Positions 11,000 to 23,665 of a stretch of DNA of 64,000 nucleotides are shown here, piece by piece. Both the position numbers and the translations under genes were made by a program. The notes under the pieces are model-generated. The model did not search any database. It had not been told where the DNA came from and worked only from the letters and a program-made list of their open reading frames with translations. The stretch lies in assembly GCF_009914755.1 (NCBI RefSeq), contig NC_060927.1; one strand, given 5' to 3'. This DNA is from the human T2T-CHM13v2.0 reference genome, Homo sapiens. The first letter of the stretch is position 1, and each line of letters begins with the position of its first letter.

Positions 11000-11170
11000 T
11001 AAGCATCATACATGAATAAATTTATTGAATTGTCATGATAACTATTTCAGAAATGTATTACCCTTACCATTTCCTAGTTGAAGAAATGACAGCTCAGATA
11101 TATGATTTAGATTATGCAGTGTCACACAGTGAGTGACAGAGCTGAAAAATAAATCCTAGTCTGTACTCAT
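11000..11170 (-). mobile_element. MIR fragment
   Basis: tattacccttaccattt...gaagaaatgacagctcaga...gtcacacagtgagtgacagagctg. Confidence 0.55.
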
Positions 11171-11959
11171 GAAAAAGTCAAACTTTTAGTCACCTAGATT
11201 TTTAAAAAGCGTATTGAATGGAATTCTTCCTAAAATAAATTATAAACCTGTTTTGCCTTTTTGCAAACCTAAAGAATACAATCATATATTTTCATTTCCA
11301 TTTCTGGTCATTATTATGAATATTAGTGATTTGCTTAAACCACAATACAGTGTTATCCTAGGGCTCTATTATCATACCTAGGATTATTTTCTGTTGCATT
11401 AAATTGTCTGAAAATAATGCAATCTTTCTTTTTTTAGCTTCTCTTTTGGACTTTTCTAACTTAAGTATGTTAACTTAACTCTTTCCACTTGTTTCTTGCT
11501 GTGTGTTTTTAAGTTGATTTAATAAACCATGTAATTCAAGCATTTTAATCTGGTCCATGAGGCTTTCTGGTATTTCTGGTCTGGAATAGCTTTCTTGAAA
11601 CTGTACTTGAAGGCAGTCATCACATGAAGGTAATTTCCTGCAGAACAGCTAAGTATAGCAAAGAAAATAAATAGAAAGAGTGGAGTCTCTGATGACGCAG
11701 TTTGACAGGTGAACCAAGCAATCTACTTGCCAAACAGGATAAAAAAATCTTTCTCTGAGCTGGCATATTACAATATTTAATGAAATATTTGTATCTGATG
11801 ACAAATGAATAAATTTTAAAATATATTTTATGTTAACCAGATGCCTCAAAACATAACACTTTGCCCAACTTTTGAAATAACTGATAGATTTATCTTGTAT
11901 TCATGAACTGTTGTACTAATATTTTCCAAATATTCTGGCTTTAGAAAAATTTAATAATA

Positions 11960-13230
11960 GGCTTCTATTTCAAGATGAAAGACTTGCCATACATGCTTAT
12001 CTTTCATAATCCCTGAGTTTCCACTGAAATAATAAAATAGCTTAAAGTATTATAAATATGCAACCAAATAAGGAGAAAAGACAAGCACATTAAAAAAAAA
12101 TGAAAGTTTTTAAAAAGTTATGACAGATAAAAAGTAAATAAAGGAGTAAATGATGTAACAGGATGAAGAAAACGTGGCCTAGAAGAGAGATGGCTCTAGA
12201 AGAGAGGAATGCAATGAATTTTGAGGCAGAACTCTGGAGAGGCCCAGAATTCAAACTCTGAAGTTGTCTAAATGAAACTCTGAATCCAGGACAATTGAGC
12301 TCATACTACATTCCCCAACTTTTCCAACCACATGTAGAAACATGGACAGTCAGACAACTGTATCCTATGTAAAAACATAAAAATAAAATTAAAATTTTAA
12401 AAAATCAAAGTGTTCTTTTACAAAGAAATTGAATGAATTATCTGAGATTACCTAAGGCAGAGTGATCGGACATCAATTTTTCCAGAGCAAAGACCTCTAC
12501 ATGTGGGCACTGGGGGTCTTGAAACATACTTGGCCTGCTCCCTTTTATTTCTGTAATGTGAAGACTATCAGTTAATAAGCCCACCTACCTTTCCAGAGCA
12601 GCCAAGTGTCATGCATTACTACCAACTATTTGAGGAAATACGGTAACATGAAAGAAAGATACAGCTAAAAACAAAAAGAAGAAAAGCCTCTAATCACTTA
12701 ACTTAGGAGAAAGAATGATTTAAAAAAAAGAAAGAAAACTTAAGAACAGACAAAATTCTAGTTAGTTTCTGTAAAGAAACTTGAAGAGTTTTCATTTATA
12801 TAAAATAAACAGTGGAGGCCATGAAGAAAGACAAAAAACTGTTGGAAATTAAAAGTATGATAAAAACAAAAAGAAATAAAAATGAAAGAAGAATGAATTA
12901 AAAGAAAGATAAAACCTAAGAAATATCTGGATAGAAGAAAGAAGAGATTAAAACTGAGCAAAACATGAAAGAAAAAGAAAATTAATTTAGAAGACCCAGT
13001 GAGATACCAAGAAATTTCAAAAAAAAAAATTGACAGAAAGAACTTATCAAAGAAAAAAATCATCAAAAAAATTGAGACACTAATTTTGCAGAAGTGAAAC
13101 ACTGAATGCTACTACTGAATGCCAAAAACAATAAATGAATGAAAGCCCATGCAATACCCTCATGGATGTTAGCATACCAGAGAAATGGGTAGAAAATAAA
13201 ATAAAATGAGATTACCTAGTAATAAGAATA
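11960..13230 (+). mobile_element. Old L1M 5'UTR/ORF1 remnant
   Basis: Very A-rich, diverged ORF1-like sequence; continues after the MST LTR. Confidence 0.5.
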
Positions 13231-13236
13231 AGACGG

Positions 13237-13672
13237 TGTCTTAGTTCATTTGTGTTGCTATAAAGGAATACCTGAGGCTGGGCGATTAATAAAGAAAAGA
13301 GGGTTACTTGGCTCACAGTTCTGCAGGTTGTACAAGAAGCATGGTATCAGTATCAAGCATGGTATCAGCATCTGCACCTGGTGAGGGCCTCTGAAAGCTT
13401 CTCTTTGGGGGAGAAGGAGAAGTAGAGAAGGCATAATATGAGAGAGAGGAAGCAAGAAAGAGGAGGAGGTGCCAGGCTCCTTTCAACAGCCAGTTTTTCC
13501 AGAAACTAAGAATAAGAACTCACTCACTTTCACAAGAATGGCACTAAGCCATTCACAAGGGATCCACCTCCATGATCCAAACACCTTCTACCAGGCCCCA
13601 CCTCCAATGTTGGGGATCAAATTTCAACATGAGACTTGAAGGGGACAAACAAACTATATCCAAATCTTAGCA
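13237..13672 (-). mobile_element. MSTB-like MaLR solo LTR
   Basis: tgtcttagttcatttgtgttgctataaaggaatacctgaggctggg...atccaaatcttagca; near-TSD gacgg/gaggg. Confidence 0.9.
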
Positions 13673-13888
13673 GAGGGCATCAAATTTCTTAAAGATCCCC
13701 AGGATTTGTAAAGCACTCCAAAGTCAGGGTAGGAATGGAGTTAGGAAATAATGCAATTATAGGTGAGGGAAACAAAAATAATAATTAATCAAATTCAGAA
13801 ATAAATCATAGAAAATTTCCATGGAGTCAATAACAGCAATTCCTAAATTTCTTTACATTAAGTCAAAATATATAATCCATTAATTTTA

Positions 13889-14153
13889 ATTTTTTTTTTT
13901 TTTTTTGATACAGAGTCTCACTCTGCTGCCTAGGCTGGAGCGCACCTCCACCTCCTGCATTCACGCCATTCTCCTGCCTCAGCCTCCCGAGTAGCTGGGA
14001 CTACAGGCGCCCGGCTAATTTTTTGTATTTTGTTTAGTACAGATGGGGTTTCACGGTGTTAGCCAGGATGGTCTCTATCTCCTGACCTCATGATCCACCC
14101 ACCTCGGCCTCCCAAAGTGCTGGGATTACAGGCGTGAGCCACCACACCCGGCC
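13889..14153 (-). mobile_element. AluY-like with two internal deletions
   Basis: ttcacgccattctcc and ttagccaggatggtctc diagnostics; poly-T head. Confidence 0.92.
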
Positions 14154-14240
14154 AAATTTTTTTAAATATATTTTCAATTCTGCTAACTTGGTACCCTATG
14201 TCCCCTGACAGATCTTCTAGTTTAGAACAGTTCAGGTTAC

Positions 14241-16813
14241 TACTTTGGTTTAAATGTGAGCCCCAAAATTCAAGTGTTGGAAAGTTAATTCCTAATGCAA
14301 CACTGTTGAGAGATGGGTCGTTTAAAAAGTGATTAGGTCATGAGGGCTTTGCCCTCGGCGGTGGATTAATATTGCTGAGTGAGCTAGTTATCATGGGAGT
14401 GGGCTTTTGATAAAAGGATCAGTTCTGCCCTCTTCCCACTCTCTCATGAATGCTCTCTTGCCTTTCTACCTTCCACCACGTGATAATGCATTAAGAAAGC
14501 CGTCACAAGATTTTAGCCCCTCAGTCTTAGACTTGTCAGCCTCCAGAACTATGAGAAATACATTTTTATTCATCGTAAATTGCCTAGCCTTTAGTATTCT
14601 GCTAGAGCAGCATGAAACAGACTAAGAAATTGGTACTGAAAAGTGGGGCTGTTTTTACAAAAAAAAGTCTGAAAATGTGGAAGTGGCTTTGGAACTGGGT
14701 AATAGGGAGAGGCTGAAATAATTTGGAGAAGCAGGCTAGAAACAGCCTAGATTGCTGTGAGTGGAGTGTTAAGGGCAACTCTGGTGAGGGCTCAGAAGAA
14801 GACGAGCACTATAGGGAGAGCCGAAATCTTCTTAGGAATTACATAATTGGACATGATCAGAATGTCGGTAGACCTGTAGACAGCAAAGCCACTCCAATTA
14901 GATCTCAGATGAAAGTAAGGAACAAGGTATTGGAAAATGGAGCAAAGACCTTCCTTGTTATACAGTTGCAAAGAAATTGGTGGAATTTATGTCCGTGTTT
15001 TAGGACTTTGTGGAAGACAGAACTTAAGGATAATGAACTATGTGATCTTGTGGCCCAGTGGTAGCGCATCTGACTCCCAGAACAATGAACTACGGTACCT
15101 GACAGAAGAAATATCTAAGCATTGAAGCATTCAAAGTGCCACATGACTTCTTTTGGCTGCTTACAGTAAAATGAATAAAAAAGAAAAATAGTTTAAAGAA
15201 GGAATTTATAATTAAAAGGGAAGCAGAAAGAAAAGATTTGGAAAATTCTCAGCACGGCCATGTACAGAATAAAAAGGTGTGTTCAGGAGAGAATATTAAG
15301 GGTTTGGCCAATCGACCATTTGCTAAAGAGATTATTGACAGAAGGAATTCAGGTTCTATTTACCAAGATAATGTGAGAGTGACCCCAAAGGTATTTCAGA
15401 GATCTTCTAAGCAAGCTAGAATCTTGAGGACAAGAGAGGCACCAGTAAGACCTTAGCATCTGCTGCCCAGAACAACTTTAGGACTTTGCTCCCCCATTCC
15501 CCAGTGCAGTCTCCTCAGCTGCCCCAGTCATGGCTCAAGCTGGCCCAGGTGGAGCTCAACCTGCCACCCTGGAGGATGCAATATGTGGGTCTTGGCAGCA
15601 CTCATGTAGTGCTAATTCTGCAGGCTTGCAGAGTACATGAGTTGTGGGGCCCTGGCTGCCCCCATCTAGATTTCAAAGAATGTTGTGGCTGCCTGTAAAC
15701 CCAGGAAAAACTTGCCAGAGGGGCAAAGCTACTGCAGAGTCCCCACCAGGGTAATGTCTAGTGGATTCATGGGAGTGTGACCACCTCTAAGTCTGTAGAT
15801 CTGTAGACCTACCAGTATGCAATGTTAGTCTGGGAAAGCTGCAGGCATGAGAGGTGCTGCATGGGCTGAGCCCAGCAAACCTATAGGACCAGGCTGTCTG
15901 TGGCTCTGGAATTCAATCCCCACCCAGTGTGTCCTGGAATCTTAAAATTTAATGTGTACTTTTGGGGTCTGGGGCTTGTTTGGGGTCTGTTATTTCTTCT
16001 TGGCTATTTCTCCCTTTTGGAATAGAATTGTCTATCTTATGCCTGTTCCACCATTGTACTTTGAAAGCATGTAACTTGTTTTGATTTTACAGGCTCATAG
16101 CTGGAGGAAAATTTGTCTGAGGTTTTATTGTGCTTTGATTCTTAAGCGTATGTCATTTGGTGAGACTCTGGACTTTGGACTTTGAATTGGTGCTGGAGCT
16201 AGTTAAGACTTTGGGGCTATTGGGATGGAATTAACGTATTTTGTATGTGAAAAGGACATAAATTTGGGGGAATGGTGACAGAATGCTACGGTTTGAATGT
16301 GTCTCCTGGCATTCACATATTAGAAACTTAATCCCCAATGCAACAGTGTTGAGAGGTGGGATGTTTAAGAGGTGACTAGGTCATAAGGGCTCTGATGTCA
16401 TGAGTGGATTAATGCCATTATCTTGAGAATGGATTAGTTCTTATGGGAGTGGATTCCAATAAAAGGATGGGTTCAGCACCCTTGCTGTTCTTTCTTATAT
16501 GTTCTCTTGTGCTTCTGTCATGTTATAATGCAGCAAGATGTCCTTCAGAAGATGCTGGCCCCTCAATCTTGGACTTCACAGTCTTCAGAACTCAGGAAAT
16601 AAATTGCTGTTCATTATAAATTACCCAGTCCAGGGGCCAGAAGCAGGAGCTGTAATCCCAGAACTTTGGGAGGCCAAGGCAGGAGAATCACTTGTGTCCA
16701 GGAGTTTGAGACCACCCTGGGCAAAATACCAAGACCACCCCCATCTCTACAATTAATCAATCAATAGCCCAGCCTTGGGTATTCAGTTATAACAGCAAAA
16801 AATAGACAAAGAC
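14241..16813 (+). mobile_element. Complete MST (MSTC/D-like) MaLR: LTR 14241-14627, internal, LTR 16284-16813
   Basis: Two homologous LTRs (tgctacggtttgaatgtgtc...) flanking MST-int (aaattggtactgaaaagtgggg...). Confidence 0.88.
16634..16760 (+). mobile_element. FLAM/AluJ left monomer inserted in the MST 3' LTR
   Basis: tgtaatcccagaactttgggaggcc...ccaggagtttgagacc; degenerate TSD attacccagtc/atagcccagcc. Confidence 0.8.
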
Positions 16814-17350
16814 TTTTATGCTTTTAATAAATTATGATAATTATAAGTGTCTCAAAACAGAGACAAGAGATATGAGTAGGGGAAAACTACGACACAATTT
16901 TTCTCTTTTAAGTTTAATTAATCTGAAAACAGAATGGATTTACTTTCCTAGTATCACTTCCTTATTGTTTCCCTCTTCTATATTTTCTTTTTCCACTCCT
17001 TCCTCAACTTTACAAAAGTTTTTCAGAGTCTTTTTATGATTCTCATCCACATTAATTAATTGCCTGCTGGGGAAAAAAGGTAGCATAGTATACGATATAG
17101 AATAATTTGTTTCTGCAGCAGTCACGATCTCTTAAGCCTAGCTAGCCTTGGCTCTCTTGTCTGTTGCATGAGAAGCATGAACCAGATGAGCCCAGTTGAT
17201 CTTCTAGCTTTAACATTCCTTCTCTGGATATTATTCCTAAAAGTTTCAAGGCCCAGAACTTCAGAGGGTGCTATTTGCACTCTCTGAAAGATATTTATCT
17301 TCTATTGTATTCTCAGAATAGTAAAGCATGTTTGTTTTCCATGGTTGCCG

Positions 17351-17480
17351 TGTAGAAACACATTAAAGGAACATTTTTCATAGGCTTCATCCTGAAAAAT
17401 CATCTCATATGGCTATGTAGAAACACATTAAAGGAACATTTTTAATAGGCTGCATTCTGAAAAATCATCTCATATGGCTA
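17351..17480. repeat. 65-bp tandem duplication
   Basis: 17351-17415 vs 17416-17480, 3 mismatches. Confidence 0.95.
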
Positions 17481-17885
17481 TAAACTGGGTTCAATGTTCT
17501 TGCAATGCAGTCAATTTCAGTATGGTTGAAGAATTTCTACACATATTTATATGTGCATCATTTTTATCTAAGAAGATGCTCTCCTCCCAGGACATTTTGC
17601 AGATCACTAACCTTGTCAAATTGCAGAAAAGAATCACATTCTCTTCTAGCATATATGAAAATCTAAAAAGAAAAAGAAAACCCTTAATTATCAAGGAGCT
17701 ATATATTTCTACCATTCTCCGGACTTAGCCGTGTTATATCACTTATTAAAAGAGTTGTATAACAATCTTTTTCCTTGACTTTCTTCTAGGGTTCCCAGAT
17801 AAAATACAAACTTCTGAGTTAAATTCAAATTTCAGAAAAAGAACAGAAAAGTTTATAGTATATTCCAAATTCTACATAGACATAT

Positions 17886-20148
17886 TGATATGGTTTGGCT
17901 GTGTCTCCATCCAAATCTCATCTTGAATTTCCACATGTCATAGGAGGGACCCAATGGGAGGTAACTGAATCATGAGGGCAAGTCTTTCCCATGCTGTTCT
18001 CATGATAGTGAATAAGTCTCATGAGATTTGATGATTTTATAAAGAGGAGTTCCCCTGCACGAACTCTCTCTTTGCCTGCTGCCACGCATGTAAGATGTGA
18101 CTTGCTCCTCCTTGCCTTCCACCATGATTGTGAGGCCTCATTAGCCACATAGAACTGGTTATTAAACATATTTTTTTCCCAGCCTTGGGTATGTCTTTAT
18201 CAGCAGTGTGAAAACAGACTAATACTGTAAATTGCTACCAGTAGAGTGGAGTGATGCTGAAAAGATACCCAAAAATGTGGAAGCAACTTTGGAACTGGAT
18301 AACAGGCAGGGGTTAGAACAGTTTGGAAGGCTCAGAAGAAGACAGGAAAATGTGAGAAAGTTTGGAGCTCCCTAGAAGCTTGTTGAATGGCTTTCACCAA
18401 AATGCTGATAATGATATGGACAATGAAATCCAGGCTGAGGTGGTCTCAGATGGAGATGAGGAACTTGTTGGGAACTGGAGCAAAGGTGACTCTTGTTATG
18501 TTTTAGCAAATAGACTGGTGGCATTTTGCCCCTGCCCTATAGATTTGTGGAATTTTCAACTTGAGAGAGATATTTTAGGGCATCTGGCAGAAAAAAATTC
18601 TAATCAGCAAAGCATTATAGAGGTGACTTAGGTGCTGTTAAAGGCATTCAGTTTTCTAGGAGAAGCAGATCATAAAAGTTCAGAAAATTTGCAGCCTGAC
18701 AATGTGATAGAACGTAAAATCCCATTTTCTGATGAGAAATTTAAGCCTGCTGCAGAAATGTGCATAAGTAACGAAGAGTCAAATGTTAATCCTCAAGACA
18801 ATGGGAAAAATGTCTCCAGGGCATGTCAGAGGTCTTCATGGCAGTTTGTCCCATCACAGGCCTGGAGGCCTAGAAGGAAAAAGTAGTTTCGTGGGCCCAG
18901 TCCCAGGGTCCCTGTGCTGTGGAAAGTCTGGGGTCTTTGTGCCCTGTGTCCCAGCTGCTCTATCCGTGGCTGAAAGGGTACAACATAGAGCTTGGACCAT
19001 GGCTTCAGAGGATACAAGTCCCAAGCCTTGGCGGCTTCCATGTGGTGTTGAGCCTGTGAGTGAACAGAAGTCAAGAACTGAGGTTTGGGAACCTCCACCT
19101 AGATTTCAGAAGATGTGTGGATGCACCTGGATGCCCACGCAGAAATTTGCTACAGGGGTGGGGCCCTCAAGGAGAACCTCTGCTAGGGCAGTGCAGAAGG
19201 GAAATGTGGGATCAGAACCCCCACACAGAGTCCCTACTGGGACGCCACCTAGCAGAGCTGTGAGAAGATGACACTCTCTTCCAGACCCAAGAATGGTAGA
19301 CCCACCAACAGCTTGCACCATGCACCTGGAAAAGTGGCAGACATTCAACCCAAGCCTGTGAAGGCAGCCAGAGGGAGGCTGTACCTTGCAAAAAGCTGTA
19401 CCACAGGGACAGAGCTGCCCAAGACCATGGGAACCCACTTCTTGCATCAGTGTGACTGGATGTGAGACATGGAGTCAAAGGAGAACATTTTGGAGCTTTA
19501 AGATTTGACTACCCTGCTGGATTTTGGACTTGCATGGGGCCTGTGGCCTCTTTGTTTTGCCCAATTTCTCCCATTTGAAATGGCTGTATTTACCCAATGC
19601 CTGTACCCCCTTTGTGTCTAAGAAGTAACTAACTTGCTTTTGATTTTACAGGTTCATGGGTGGAAGGGACTTGTCTTGGTTGAGACTTTGGACTGTGGAC
19701 TTTTGAGTTAATGCTGAAATGAGTTTAAGACTTTGGGGGACTGTTGGGAAAGCATAATTGGTTTTGAAAGGTGAGGACGTGAGATTTGGGAGGGGCCGGG
19801 TTGGAATTATATGGTTTGGCTGTGTCCCTACCCAAATCTCATCTTGAATTCCCACATGTCATGAGAGGGACCCAGTGGAGGTAACTGAATCATGGAGGAA
19901 GTCTTTCCGTGCTGTTCTCACAATAGTGAATAAGTCTCATAAGATCTGATGATTTTATAAAGAGGAATTCCCCTGCACAAACTCTCTCTTTTCCTGCTGC
20001 CATCCATGTAAGATGTGACTTACTCCTCCTTGCCTTCTGCCATGATTGTGAAGCCTCTCCAGCCACGTGGAACTGTAAGTCCATTAAACCTATTTTTCTT
20101 CCCAGTCACAGGTATGTCTTTATCAGCAGCATGAAACAGACTAATATA
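17886..20148 (+). mobile_element. Complete THE1 (THE1A/B-like) MaLR: LTR 17886-18226, internal, LTR 19807-20148
   Basis: tgatatggtttggctgtgtc... LTRs, ~1.6-kb THE1-int, near-TSD catat/catac. Confidence 0.95.
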
Positions 20149-20183
20149 CATACTAAATATTTATTTATTTAACCTTAAGTTTA

Positions 20184-20487
20184 CTTTTTTATTTTTTATT
20201 TTTTGAGACAGATTCTCACTTTGTTGCTTAGGCTGGAGCTAGCGGCATGATCTCAGTTCACTGCAACCTTTGCCTCCCAGGCTCAAGCAATTATCCTGCC
20301 TCAGCCTCCTTGAGTAGCTAGGAACTACAGACATACACCAACACACTCGGCTAATTTTTGTATTTGTAGTAGAGACGGGGTTTCACCATGTTAGTCAGAC
20401 TAGTCTCAAACTCCTGACCTTAAGTGATTCACCCAACTTGGCCTCCCAAAGTGCTGGGATTACAGGCATGAGCCATTGTGCCTGGCC
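20184..20487 (-). mobile_element. Alu (old AluS/AluJb-like)
   Basis: Antisense dimer; TSD ttaa(c/t)cttaagttta. Confidence 0.93.
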
Positions 20488-21494
20488 TTAATCTTAAGTT
20501 TAAATTTAACTGGGCATCCTGCATTTTTATTTGTTAAATCTGGCAGCCCTACTTTCTTCCCAACAAAATTCTTAAAGAAGAGCTACTATCTTGTTCACTT
20601 CTGTGTCCCCACTGTAAGCACAGTATCTTTACAGGCTATTCAATTTTTGCTGAACTAATTAATAAAAAATATGGACTAAACAAATATAATATGTGTAGTG
20701 TTTGCAAATATTATTTATAATTTAGTTGATAACATGAAAGTTAATTATTCAGCTGAGCTTAGTTTATGATTAGAACTAAGATTCACTCTAAGTTTATGAT
20801 TAGAGTGGACTTGGTCATAAGACAATCATAAACCATAAGATGATCCCACACTAATTTTGAGTTTTTAATCATATGTGAGACAAATTACTCTGATGTCTAG
20901 TTCAAATACTTTATGAGGCCTTTAACCTCTAATAAACTGTTAAAATTAGGAATGGCTCCAATATACTAATTATACCACTTCTAAAAGAGGGAAAATACAT
21001 GACTAACATAAGTAGGAGGGTTATGGAAACTCAACTGAACTGAGAATTTTTACTTTCTTTTGTAATATTTTCCCTTGACATCATGTACTAGTAGTCAAGG
21101 ATATAATTTGGTTAATACACTGATAAAATGAAACCGTTTTCCATGGCAAATTTTAAATTAAAAACATTTCCATTCAGTAGCAAAAAAACATCTTGTAGAG
21201 ATTTGACCATGAACTTCACATAAGCAAATACTACGTTAAAATCAAAAAAACAAAAAATCTAAAATTGCCTCTATGTATTATATTTTATTTTGTCTGTTCA
21301 CTGATTTCTTTCTCTTTTCCCTCTTTTTTTAAAATTGATAAAATTTTGTTTTTAATCTTTTATTAAACTTTTGCTATCTGCAGTAGACCAGTGTTTTAAG
21401 GAATAGAAAAGCACATATCCATCTTTTTATGGAAGATGGTACACTTAATTTGCTCCCGAAGATCTGTGTCCATCAGCTGCTTTCCAAAACATGT

Positions 21495-21620
21495 TCTTGT
21501 ACCAGTCCCCTCTGAGCCTCAGTTTACTCAACTGAAAGATGGAGGTCAGGACTTTTGCCTCAGATGGTGGTTGTAAGGACCAAATAAGAACATGTGTATC
21601 AAAATACAACTTTTGAGCAT
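21495..21620 (+). mobile_element. MIR core fragment
   Basis: ctctgagcctcagtttactcaactgaaagatgg...ggttgtaaggaccaaat. Confidence 0.65.
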
Positions 21621-21878
21621 TACAGTAAATTTGTTTCCATGTATTATCAATATGGACATTGTGTTGGGAAGACAAAACATAGGTAGATAGGAAAGTTAAA
21701 TCACTGGAATTCAAATTGGAAGCTTCCCTTAAAGCATTTATCTTGTAAATGGCCTGATTTCCCATGGCAGAGAATGACTGGTCCACTCAATTACATTTAT
21801 TTCCAAATCTACAACCACGTTTTGAGGAGCTACTGTGGAAGAAACTAGAAATACTGAGATAAAAGAGTTATAGTTTTT

Positions 21879-22332
<454 letters not shown>

Positions 22333-22399
22333 TCAGAGGACCAGAACTGGGAAAAATCCTTAAAGGACAAAAGTCATAGGAATCAAATTGATTTTTTAA

Positions 22400-23665
22400 A
22401 AAGCCACAATCCAAAATCTGTACATGATTAAACTGTTAAAAATGTGAGATCTTATACAAAGAAACTTTATACCTGTAGATTGATGAGTAGAAGAGGCAAT
22501 AAACATGGTGATTAGCAGGAACAGCCAAGCTGACCAACCCCTACCCTATTGACTAGTCATGCAATGGGAGTGATTGCTTACAATATGAGGAAGAGTAGAT
22601 TAGAGAGAATGGAGAATGGACAATGTGCATGTGACTGTGATTTGTAAAAGAAATGAGGAGCAGCCATGCTCAGAAAAATACACACCGAGGTGCTATCCTG
22701 TCAGCATGCTGTACTTCCCACACACTTTCAATAAAATAATGCCCTCGTGGGCTGCACAAACACCTATGACACACAATCAAAAATAAAGTCTTCACTATGG
22801 GAATAATGAGATGTTTGAGGGAAGCCAACACATAGAGAAAGAGTAAAGTCAATAAACCCAAGAACCTACAGAGGGAAAAATAGAATTAATAGAGCAACCT
22901 GAGCAGAGCTTTTTTTTGCAGGGGGGTGGGGTTGGGGAGGAAGCACAATTAGCATTCTCAGAATAAGTAAAAAAAATACAAATTATTGATTGTGAAAATT
23001 AAAAATGTGGTTGTTGAAATGACAACCTTAAGAGATAGTCTAAAAAGTAGAGCAGACCCAACTGAAGGTTGATGTAGTAAGCTAGCAGAGTGAGACAAAG
23101 AATTGCCCTAGAATGCATACAAAGAGTCAAAGAGCGGGAACATATGAAATAAAACTTAAAAGACTTTGCAGACTAGACCCAGAATTTCGACAGCCATTTC
23201 ATGGGAGTTCACAAAAGTAAGAGTAGACCAAACAAGGAGGAGATGATATTTAAAGAAATAATAGAAGAGAATTACCCTGAGCAGAGAAAGACATGAGTCC
23301 TGAAACTTAAAATTTCTACTAAAAGCCAAACAAGAAAAAATGTAAACACACTACCTATAGTGTTATTTCAGAACCCACAAAATTATGGGGAGAAATTCTA
23401 AGAGCTTTCATATAACAACAATAAAAATTACCTACAAATGAATAAGAATGAATTGACATCAATCTTCTCAGAAACTCTGAAGGCAATAGATAATGAAAAA
23501 ATATCTTCAAATTTTCCAGAAAGCTACACTAGAATTTAATACTAGAATTCCAATCAAAGTCAAATTAGGAAGATAAAATAAAAATATACATGTAAAAATT
23601 TAGAATATTTATCACCAAAACTCTTTCTGTACGAATTTTCTGAAGATTCATACCAGAAAAAAAAT
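22400..23665 (+). mobile_element. Old L1M ORF1-region remnant
   Basis: gatatttaaagaaataatagaagagaatt...aaattacctacaa...aatcttctcagaaactctgaaggc, ORF1-like. Confidence 0.6.

Noticed and set aside
12758-13102. Phe-rich 114-aa membrane-protein-like ORF
   Set aside because: Antisense reading of an A-rich L1 remnant
18362-19271. Run of plus-strand ORFs resembling a gene
   Set aside because: Broken remnants of the THE1 internal ORF
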